Assembly (NCBI GenBank): GCA_950097015.1
Contig: CATNEN010000001.1
Span: forward strand, 5,394,001-5,458,000
Reading direction: 5' to 3'
Source of the DNA: Macrostomum hystrix
Taxonomy: Eukaryota > Animalia > Platyhelminthes
DNA: 64,000 nucleotides
The translations under genes and the position numbers were made by a program. The notes beneath the pieces are model-generated. The model was given only the letters and a program-made list of their open reading frames with translations, did no database searches and was not told the origin of the DNA. Of the stretch, positions 13,252 to 25,200 are shown piece after piece (position 1 is the stretch's first letter; the number at the start of each line of letters is the position of its first letter).

Positions 13252-16200
13252 CTATTTATTATCGGAGTCACCAGCAGCAGCGGCAGCAGCAGCAGCAGCG
13301 ATAGCGGCAGGCCTAGCTGTAGAGAAGAACCGATTGAAATCTAGTCTCAGCAGCAGTTGATTAAGATAAGTGGTAGACTGTGCCTGCAGTCCGGTCAGCA
13401 TGCCCAACAGGTGCCAGGCCTGCCGGTGGAAGTCCTGTCCAAGCGCGGTCATTCGCTGCAGCAGCGAGTCCAAATTGTCGCGCTGATTGTCCAACGAGTT
13501 GCGCAATAGGCTGGCAAATTCTAGACAGCTGTGCAACAGTTGCATAACGCAAGCCCGAACCGGACGATTGTGAAGAAACGATTGGGCCGCCAGAGCAGTC
13601 ACAAACTGGTCGTGGGCCACCTGGGGTATGGAATAGAGGGGCGAGACTAGATAAGGGTATTAAGATAGGATATTTCATTTCACCCCTCAATAATTCATGC
13701 TATTTCGTCGGTAATTCATGCTTCCCTTTCGATAAGCAATGCTTTAGACAATTCATGCTCCCCCCTCGACAATTCATGCTTCCCCCTCGATAATTCATGC
13801 TTCCCCCCCGATAATTCATGCTTCCCCTCGATAATTCATGCTTCCCCCTCGATAATTCATGCTTCCCCCTCGATAATTCATGCTTCCCCCCGATAATTCA
13901 TGCTTCCCCCCCGATAATTCATGCTTCCACCTCGATAATTCATGCTTCCCCTCAATATTCATGCTTCCCCCTCGATAATTCATGCTTCCCCCTCGATAAT
14001 TCATGCTTTCCCCTCGATAATTCATGCTTCCCCCTAGACAATTCATATTTCGCCCTAGACAATTCATGTTTCGCCCTAGACAATTCATGTTTCGCCCTAG
14101 ACAATTCATATTTCGCCCTAGACAATTCATGTTTCGCCCTAGACAATTCATGCTTTCCTCCTAGACAATTCATGCTTCCCCCTCGATAATTCATAATTTC
14201 CCCTCGATAATTCATGCTTCCCCCTCGACAATTCATGCTTTCCCCCTAGACAATTCATATTTCGCCCTAGACGATTCATGTTTCGCCCTAGACAATTCAT
14301 GCTTTCCTCCTAGACAATTCATGCTTCCCCCTCGATAATTCATAATTTCCCCTCGATAATTCATGCTTCCCCCTCGACAATTCATGCTTTCCCCCTAGAA
14401 AATTCATATTTCGCCCTAGACAATTCATATTTCGCCCTAGACAATTCATGTTTCGCCCTAGACAATTCAAGCTTTCCCCTCGATTCACCCTGAAATTCAT
14501 ATGATGCTATTACGTTAAAATCTCATTCCTTTCTCTTGGAAATCTTATGCAATGGCTTTCAGAAATCAAGATATTTCCTAGATATCGATTGCTTTTCCAC
14601 ACGAATTCCATGCAGTTTACTTGATATATCATGCCGCTATCCTTCGATATCCAGCGCCATATTCTTTAGTTTAATTTTCTCATTCGAATTGTAATGCTTT
14701 CAAAATACAGAAAAAACTTTTTACTAGTAGTTTTGAAAATAAAATAACGCTAAAAGCTACGGTATGCTCGAACAGCCTTCATTTATTTATTAATCCTATT
14801 GAATATTGCTGGCAAGAATGCTTGAAAAAAGTGACAATTTAAAATGAACAACGCCAATAGCATTGCTCAAAGTATTTATTTATATTTCTGAATCTAAAAA
14901 CGCTGGCAGATTACTCTCGAAAATTCTTTCCTCAGTTTTGTATCGAATAAAACTTGCTGCTGCACTCGAAAAAATAAGTTTTTTTATTCAGATCGATAAG
15001 AATAATTAAGCAAAAAATATTTGCTTTGACAGTAGCTGATTTTCTTACTATTAACAGTTAGTTGTATCAAAAAGGGTGAGATTCGACCAGTGGGGTGAGA
15101 TTCGACCAGTGAGGGTGAGATTCGACCAGTGGGGTGAGATTCGATCAGTGAGGGTGAGATTCGACCAGTGAGGGTGAGATTCGACCAGTGGGGTGAGATT
15201 CGATCAGTGAGGGTGAGATTCGACCAGTGGGGTGAGATTCGACCAGTGAGGTGAGATTTGATCAGTGAGGTGAGATTTGATCAGTGGGTGAGATTCGATC
15301 AGTGGGGTGAGATTCGATCAGTGGGGTGAGATTCGATCAGTGAGGTGAGATTTGATCAGTGGGTGAGATTCGATCAGTGGGGTGAGATTCGATCAGTGGG
15401 TGAGATTCGATCAGTGAGGTGAGATTTTATCAGTGGGTGAGATTCGATCAGTGGGTGAGATTCGATCAGTGAGGTGAGATTTTATCAGTGGGTGAGATTC
15501 GATCAATGGGTGAGATTCGATCAGTGAGGTGAGATTTTATCAGTGGGTGAGATTCGATCAGTGAGGTGAGATTTTATCAGTGGGTGAGATTCGATCAGTG
15601 ATGTGAGATTTTATCAGTGGGTGAGATTCGATCAGTGGGGTGAGATTCGATCAAAGGGGTGAGATTCGATCAGTGGGGTGAGATTGGATCAGTGGGGTGA
15701 GATTGGATCAGTGCCAAGATCAATATAAAAAGTGTTAACACACCTGCAGCTGCTCCACATCGCGCTGTGTCCTGGCGGCGCTGATAAGCGCGTTAAATCG
15801 ACTGTCGATGACGTCAACCTGCAGATAATACACTAGATTATCTACAGCGTGCTGCATGCGGCTTCTCTGAAGGAAATGCGGCCCGAGACGATTCAGGGCG
15901 GCTGCGGCTTCGGCTGAACCCAAGGCGCCACGCTTGGCCGCCATCTGAGCAGCCCAGGACCTCTGCAGGGTGAGCTGAACTCGCTTCACAGTTAGCAGGA
16001 ATCGAAACACTTGGCAGTACCTGGCGTAGGATTATCGATTTTGGTGTATTTTGGCGTGGCTTATTTAGTCTAGAACTGCGTCTAATTGGTTAAAAGTATT
16101 TTCATGCGTACTACATAACAGGGCGATTTCGATTGTTTAAAAGAATATTGCATAAAACAAGCTGCTTGTTACTAATTAGCAAAAAATCTAAAAAACAGGC

Positions 16201-19200
16201 TTATATATGCTTCAATACTGCTTGATTCTGATTGGATAAGAGAACTCCATTGTCTATAAAAAACACGCTCCTCGAGTCTGATTGGCTATAAGAATTTTAT
16301 TATGTACAAAAATCAAGCTTATCTATCCTTAAAAATTGTTTGATTCTGATTGGCTAAAAGAACCTCCCTTAAAAATAAAAACACGTTACTTGCTTCTCAT
16401 TGGTCAATTGAACTATGTTATCAATAGAAAACACGCTTCTTGAGTCTGATTGGCTAATAATACTTTCTTATTAAAAAAAGACGATCCGGTTGATTCTGAC
16501 TGGCTAAAGGACATCTTATCGATAAAAGACATTTCTCAAGTCTGATTGGCTAAACTAGTATTCAATGAAACGAGCAGGTCGTTACTGATTGGCTGTAAGA
16601 CTTTTATTACATACAAAAATCAAGCTTATCTATCCTTAAACACTGTTTAATTCTGATTGGCTAAAAGAACCTCCCTTAAAAATAAAAACAAGCTACTTGC
16701 TTCTCATTGGTCAATAGAACTTTCTTATCTATAAAACAACATGCAGCTTAATTCTGAATCGATAAAAGTAACTCCAGGCTTATCTAATAAAACACGCTGT
16801 TTGATTCTGATTGGCTAAGGGAGATTCCTTATCTCTGTGGCACGTATCTGGTTACAAAAAAGTCAACAAACCACCTCACCTAGCCAGTATATCGTCATTA
16901 AAAAGCAGGTGAAACGGCCACTCGTGCTTAAACTTTAATCCAACCCGAGACCAAGAATCTGTAATTGGCGATTGCGCGTCCGTACTAGTAGGCTGACTGT
17001 CTTCAAGCCAGATTTCGAATCGTTTAAACGCCGGATTGTCTTCTAATCCGACAGTTCTAGCGGCCCGATTAAAAAATGAGGCGAGCTGTTGGCCCAGCAT
17101 CCGATGCGGCAGACGATCTAGCAGTGGGCCGGCTAAATCTATGAATGCCAGATAGAATTCACCGCGACCCATCAGGTAGAAATCTTTGATCGCTTGCAAT
17201 TGCTGCTCCAGGTTATAATCTTCCATTAGAAGGCGCCACAGCTGCTCAGTAACATGCGAGCGAACCTGAAGTAGAAAATAAAGGACACGGTGGATTGATT
17301 TTAGAATCTACCACTCTACTCTACAGTCTACAGGTTCAAAATCAATACTTTAATGTACCTGTTCAGAATATACTAATCTACTCTACCCCAAAATATAAAA
17401 CAATCTCATTTTCCTACTCAGAGTCTACTACTCCACCGAGCCTTTTTAACATTTACCTTTCTACTCTTCCTGTTTAAAATTATCTATCACTCAACACTAC
17501 CCGTTCAGAATCTATCACTCTACTCTACTCGTTCAGAATCGACAACTCTACTTTACCCTTCAGAATCTACTACCCATACTCTACCTGTTCAGAATCTACC
17601 ATTCCACTCTACCCGTAAGGAATCTACCACTTTACTCAACCAGTTCAGAATCTACCACTCTACTCTACCCGTTCAGCATCTACCACTCTACTCAATCCTA
17701 CTCAGTATCTACCGCTCTACTCAAACCTACTCGGTATCTACCACTCTACTCAAACCTACTCGGTATCTACCAATCTACTCAAACCTACTCGGTATCTACC
17801 AATTTACTCAAATTTTCTCAGCATTTAACACTCTACTCAAACCTACTCAGCAACTATCACTCGACTAAAACCAACTCAGTATCCAGGACTCTGCTCAACC
17901 TACTCATCTCCAATCATCCCTAAAATGCTGCAACTCACATCCGCCACGAATTCTTCCAAAGCCAACAAATCAAACTGTGTAGCGGCAGCTAAACTATCTA
18001 AACGATGCTGGAACAGTCGCTCCAGGTTGTTAAGAAAAGCGGTCGATCTAGTCTCGTTGAGTCCGAAGCATCTAACGGCTTCGCCAACGAATAGAATCCG
18101 CTGAGCCAAGGTCAACGGCAGATAGGCTGGCAACAATGTAAATTGCAATTCAGCTTTCTGAGCACCCGTGCTCACAATGATACTGCTTGTGTCTGCGGCG
18201 ACTGCAGAACTTCCAGGTGCTACAGGAGCAGTGGATGCAGTAGCAGCAGCAGCTGATGCTGTCGGCTTCTTCTGTTGATCAACAAGGCGAACGAAGAATT
18301 CGGAATATGGATCGTCTAGCTGGCCCTAGTTCGGTTGGGGAAAGGATAATAGATCCTCATATTTTTTTAATCATTTTTCTTAATAAAAATTATCTAGGCA
18401 TTTGAAATCCCAACCTACAAACTGGTATCCCACAATCTTTACTTTAAACTGGAATCCCATAATCCTAACTTTAAACTGGTATCCCAAAATCCCAACTTTA
18501 AACTGGAATCCCATAATCCTAACTTTAAACTGGTATCCCAAAATCCCAACTTTAAACTGGTATCCCATAATCCCAACTTTAAACTGGTATCCCGAAATCC
18601 CAACTTTAAACTGGAATCCCATAATCCTAACTTTAAACTGGTATCCCATAATCCCAACTTTAAACTGGTATCCCGAAATCCCAACTTTAAACTGATATCC
18701 CATAATCCCAACCTACAAACTGATATCCCATAATCTTAACTTCAAACTGGTATCCCATAATCCTAACTTTAAACTGGTATCCCATATTCCCAACCTTCAA
18801 ACTGGTATCCCATAATTCTAACTTCAAACTGGTATCCCGAAATCCCAACTTCAAACTGGCATCCCATAATCCCAACCTACAAACTGATATCCCAAAATCC
18901 CAACCTTCAAACTGGTATCCCATAGTCCCAACCTACAAACTGGAATCCCATAATCCCAACTTTAAACTGGCATCCCATAATCCCAACCTACAAACTGATA
19001 TCCCAAAATCCCAACCTTCAAACTGGTATCCCATAATCCCAACCTACAAACTGGAAGCCCATAATCCCAACTTTAAACTGGTATCCCATAATCCCAACCT
19101 ACAAACTGGAATCCCAAAATCCCAACTTTAAACTGGCATCCCATAATCCCAACCTACAAACTGATATCCCAAAATCCCAACCTTCAAACTGGTATCCCAA

Positions 19201-22200
19201 AATCCCAACCTTCAAACTGTATCCCAAAATCCCAACCTATAAACTGGTATCCCATAATACTAACTTCAAACTGGCATCCCATAAGCCCAACTTCAAACTG
19301 GCATCCCATAATCCCAACTATATCCCATAGTTCTAAATCCTAACCAATAAAACAGATACTATAATTATAACTGACAGCCAACAAAGTGATTTCTAAATGT
19401 AGAGAGTTGTAAAATGTGCTTTTTGCTTAACGCGCTACTTAAAGTAATGCCATAAGGAACTCTTAGCTACAACATTTAATCTATTTTTAGGAATGAGTCA
19501 TACGCTATTTTTAGAAACAGTCATGTGACATGAAACCGGAGAACCGGTTCTTGACAGCTGTGTTTGCTTGAATTCCAAATATGGTAAAGCAAACAATTAT
19601 GACTCATCGGGTTCTGCGTCTGTGTTTGCACTGTATTCCAAATATGGTAAAAACTCACAATCATGACTCACTAAACAAATATGTGTGACCTAAGTAAACA
19701 CCCGGTAGTAGAACCGGTTTTTCCCCAAGGTTTTGCTATAAATACAAGCGAAAATCCGAGCTAAAAATTCAGACTCGGAGCGGTCCACCGGACTTCAAAA
19801 CACCTTACGAAGAAGAGGACTCATCTCTGAGGGAAAGACAAGTGGTAAGCGCTTTATTAGACAGAGTTACTTATTGCTAGCAATAGTTGTTGAATTGAAC
19901 TAAGTTTACGAGAGCCACATATCGTCGATAAATTTGAGAAAGGCCTCCTTGTTTCCTAGGATACATTCCTAGAGGATTATTGATTGATTTGATTTGAGTT
20001 ATCCGTTATCTTTCGGAGGTAACGAAGAAGACGCCCTTCAGGAGGACCTATCAGAGATATACAAGAGAGATTTCAATTGTTCACTAGGGCGCACGTTTCT
20101 ATTGTGAATTCCGAGCTCGAGGAAACCGAAAAGTAATCTGATTCGCTCTCGTCATTTATTGGCCAACAGACAAACTCAAGCAGCTGCCAAGAAGACAAAG
20201 AAGACAAGACTACAAAGACTCAAGAAACGTAGACTCGAAACCTCACGGTCGACCAGAACAAGAAGAAGGAGAACTTACCGGACTACAAGGATCCAGAAGA
20301 CTATAAACTACTTAAGGAAGAAGAAGCAATCGCAGTAAGTGTCACGTGACTGTTATAAATTCCTAGGCAATTGTTCCCCATTGTCTAGAAGTGGGAGTTT
20401 CGTGTGTCTGATCAACACGCAAAACTCTTCAACTGGTGATCTCGCCCAGGCCCTGCAATCAAGCCCAGGCCGAGATACAAAACATTTTTTGCGGTACCCC
20501 TTTCGAATTGTTTTAACATAAAAAAAGGAAAAAAAATTTTTTGCAACTTATTAATTTTGCTTTTGATTTAAAATAATCCACCGTTTCATAAAAATTTTGT
20601 TGCGTCATCCCTCTGAAAAATTTTGCTGTCCCTACCGGATATTGTTTGCACATAAGCCACACGCGTCACTTCGCTCTATTGTTTGCACACCTGGGAATCG
20701 CGCGACTGAACTCACCGGCTCACATTTCAATAACCCATTTTCAGCGTTGAAAGCGGCATACGTTCCCTGCTTTGTATAAATTTTTCTCCCTTGTCCTGAG
20801 TAAATAATTCCTCTGTGTAAACCATTTTCATTTGCTGATACACACGCACACGCACACACACACACACTTTTTATTCACACTAAATCTTGTCAGAGAAGTC
20901 AATCTGGACGAACCCTTGAACATCGATCCAGAACTTGAATTATTTCCGTTCCCAGTTGCGAATATGGCACGAAGAAACTATCAGGTCCATCGTGACATTA
21001 AGGAAACGGTCGGAATGTATACAATGGATAAAGATTTCAACACATTCATTGATCACTTTGATTTGGTCTCACGCGAATATGGATTACAGAATGCAGAGAA
21101 AGCACTCCTACTACCTCCACTGTTACAAGGAACAGCTCGAGAAATCTATGGAAAATTGACAGCTGCAGTACAACAAGATTATCAAGCTCTAGTTACCCAA
21201 CTGAGAGCACAATTCGCACGATGTGGAACAAACAGATCGGTACTCCTTCATAAACTTCATAATCGAAAAATGAGTCCCACTGAGAGTTTTCTCACCTTTG
21301 TTGATGACATCCGTAAGATCGTCAAAGCATTACATCAGCCTCCACCATTGGATCAAGGAGCTCAACCTATAGGACCTGCCGAATCAGCTGCACGAGAAAG
21401 ACAACGTCTTGAAGACCGGGAACAAAGCTTAATACTTCATGTGATTAATAACGCACAGCCTACTTTGCGAGATAGACTGCTGAGAGAAACTATTAACACA
21501 GAGGAACAACTGCTCCGTTGTGGAATGCAATGGGAAGCTAGCGCACCTCTTATGACTACTCATAATAGTGACACGACACAACTAGCAGAACAATTAAGCA
21601 AACTCATGCAGCAACACCAAACTTCTGCTATTGTACCACAACAGCAGAGATATTCCTATCCACAACCACAACAGAGATACTTGCACACATCAACTTGTTA
21701 CACCTGTGGAAGGATCGGTCATTATGCTAGAGACTGCAGATCACGTGGCAACCCACGTTCATACAATGACAATAGACAGACCAATTGGACTCATCCTCCA
21801 AGACAGCCTTCAAACCGTAATTGGACAAATAGTCGACAACAAGATAGCAGACCATCTAATGCCATCGTACCTTATCGTCAACAAAGAAATCCTCCACCTC
21901 CAAGACAACCAACGCAAGTCCGTCGACAATACACTCAAGCTATTGAGCCTGAATACACTCAAACTATTGAACCAAAGTTCAAGATTGAAGATCTTATGCC
22001 AGACTTTTCCGTCAATGTTCTTGATGAACTTGAGAAACAAAAGAAGGAGCAAGAAATCAATGACCTTCATCTGGACAACGATGGTGCAGCCTATATTACT
22101 ATAATCGAAAGCGACCATTCGAAAGAGCCGCCCATGCCACAAAAGGAAACAGAGGATACAGAAGAAAACAATTTTTACTACAACAATGAGTCAACACAGG

Positions 22201-25200
22201 AAATACAGAACGACAACACAAGCAACGACAGCAGCTGCATAATGGGTTCATTGTTTGAAGAATTATCGATTCCCTCGCCAAGAGAAAGTGTTGCCTTCAA
22301 CACCTGTCAACACATTGAACGAAAACAAGTACAACAACAAATCAAAGGATTATTCAAAATTCCAACGATGAGTGATCTTTCAAAAATTCTGCAAAACAAA
22401 GAAGGCATAGATGAATTGTCCACATCCACAGAAAGGAATAATGAGGACCACAGTGCGAAAAATTCACACAACACGTCTGAAGAAAACATCAGCATGCTAC
22501 AAATTTTAGTCGATGACATCGACTTGACAGAGACACCGCCTTCGACACCCAAGTACAAACCTGATCCCGAATACGAAAACATAACCCCTGTCAATTCATC
22601 TGAAGGACAGAATGGACACGATAAAGCAGTGAATACCGAATCATACTACTCGAAGCACGATAGATCTTCTCAGACTAAAAGTGACTACAATACGTCGATG
22701 GAAAATGATGATGATCATATCTATGATGAACCAACAACATGGATCGACATGAGAACGGATACTACAAGTACCGTACTGCAAACTCTCAATACACCATTAA
22801 CATTCAATATGAAACAACCAACCTGGTATAACCAACAAACCAGACCATCAGGATGCAACAACCCATGGCACTTTTCTATGCGCCTTACTCCACCAATTGG
22901 AGAGACAGAAGACCAACGATATTCAATAAACACCAATAAACCGACACCACCAACCAAAGTGAAGAAAAAGAAACGACACATACTGATAAGATGGTTGTTT
23001 TCAGCCATCGTGATGTTGCTTCTCCCGACAGTTGTACCATCTTCAGTGCCCATGATTTGCCCTACTGATGCCAACATCCAACCAGTCATCTACAAAATAC
23101 CAACGGAAATCAAGTGCAGTTACTTTAAAACTAATCAAACAAAACCTATTCCATTAACGATCGATGTCTACAAAGCAAACACAAAGAAACATAGACAATA
23201 TGGTATTATCTGTTTCCGAGATAAACATGAACTAGAAAAGGTTTGGTACATCCAATGGAATCGCATCCGATTCTGGCAAACAGCACTGCCTGTCACACAA
23301 GAAGAATGCCTCCAGTGGAACCAAACATTATTTTCTAAAGATGGAGAACTTCATGCCGATGAGAAAATTGGAAACTCTCAACTCTTCAGGACCAAGAACA
23401 GTGCGAACGGTAGATATGTCCATTGGAACGAATACATATGGCCACGTTACACCACGACAAACAGTTACTTAATCCGGAAAGTCTTGTTTTACCACAATCC
23501 ATTTGAAAACATGGAATCTCTACAATTATCAATGGAAGATTGCAAGTACAATACAGGGTTCTGCGAAACAGCAAAACTCTGGAACGAAGCAGTATGGCAA
23601 GTACCGCTGGCTCCAACATACCATCAAAATTACAGATGGCAAATTGAACATCGACACAGCCCATACTATGAGATTACAGAATACCAACGACAGTACTTCG
23701 TTGCATGGAAAGTTGAACCGAATATTGATTGTAAATTCCAGAAGTACCATACAATAAAAGGAAGTCTACTGTCAAATACCTTCCTTGCGAGTACGTCGGA
23801 TTTTGCCCTAACTTTTCCAAAAAAAGCCAAGTATCTCCAAATTAACTGCAAGGAGAACTCTAAAAAACTTCTAGTGTCTGAACAAGAGATACCGCTCGAA
23901 TTACGTGATATGGATGAGGATACCTTTATGAGACTGGTCAATGGTACTTATTCAACAAGAACCAACACAGTTCGGAAAAGGAGAGAACTACAAAGACCAT
24001 CAATGGTTTCTGCACGACTACTAGCGGCAAAACTCGCAGCAATGGAACATAACCTACATAAAGAACTAAACTACTTGCACAAATCACTGATCCAACTGAC
24101 TTGTAGAATGCACGAAACTGCACTTAACTATGCACGACAAAACTATTATGTCAATCCAACGTCTACATTCAGAAAAATCACAGGGATTCAAGATGCTTTA
24201 GCTATCCCCATCTCTGGCCATCTGTTGATTTACAAATGTGTGCCACTGCATCATTTTAATATCTTGCCATCAAACACATCAACTACGTGCTACGATAAAC
24301 CCAGAATCGAAGCTTACTACAATGGGAAACGAATTCAAGGATTTCTAGATACTGTGCACAATATAATTGTTGGAACTGCAATCCCGAGACCCTGCACTGA
24401 CGCAGTCAACTATTTCAACATTAATAATAAACTACACAAGGTCTCAACAACTGGGCACATTACAAACATCACTGGTATGCAAGCTATTATCGACGAAACA
24501 TACGAACTATCGGACCTACAGCTCAAGATAAATAAGACCACCTATAAACCATTTGGTGACATCAAACTTGACGAAATCACACCAGGATGGACAATTAATG
24601 ATTTTCTTCAAGTTTTTATCGCCCAACGACAGATGATGAACAAGCTCTTTACCCAACACAACCAACAGGACAAAGAACAATCCTTTTCGACAGGATTCAT
24701 CATACATAACGCAATAGGATCCTTTTGGTCGAATAGCTTTCTCGATTTACTCCAAGGAAAAGGAAGTTACTATCAGGGATTCATCTTCTCCAGTGCATGC
24801 ATTGTATGGATTCACCTTGCACTAATGATCTTTATCACAGCAGTACGATGCGTAGCACGAGCCTATCCAGCAAAACAACGGATTTTCCAAATTGACAAAC
24901 AACAAGAAACTACTATATCCACCGAAAAAATTGAAGAAACTCTACTACAAGATCAAAGAAAACAATTATTGCCAACAACACCAAACACACCTAAACAACA
25001 TGATCTATGGGTGAACAAAAATCCAAACACTTTTCTTCTACTTACATTCACTATTGCCTCTTAATTACAATTTTGTCTACAATTACCACTAACTAATACG
25101 TTCGTAGCTGGTAACTATTGCTACTGCTCGGTGATGGTATTCACTCTCACGCTTTAGGAACAAGTTTTAAATCGAATTATCCACTGTTTCACTATGTTTT

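Noticed and set aside
22000-22950. Cryptic protease or pol remnant between Gag and Env
   Set aside because: No D(T/S)G, YxDD or HHCC/DDE motif; the composition is acidic and low-complexity, and the alternative-frame ORFs are short and uninformative.
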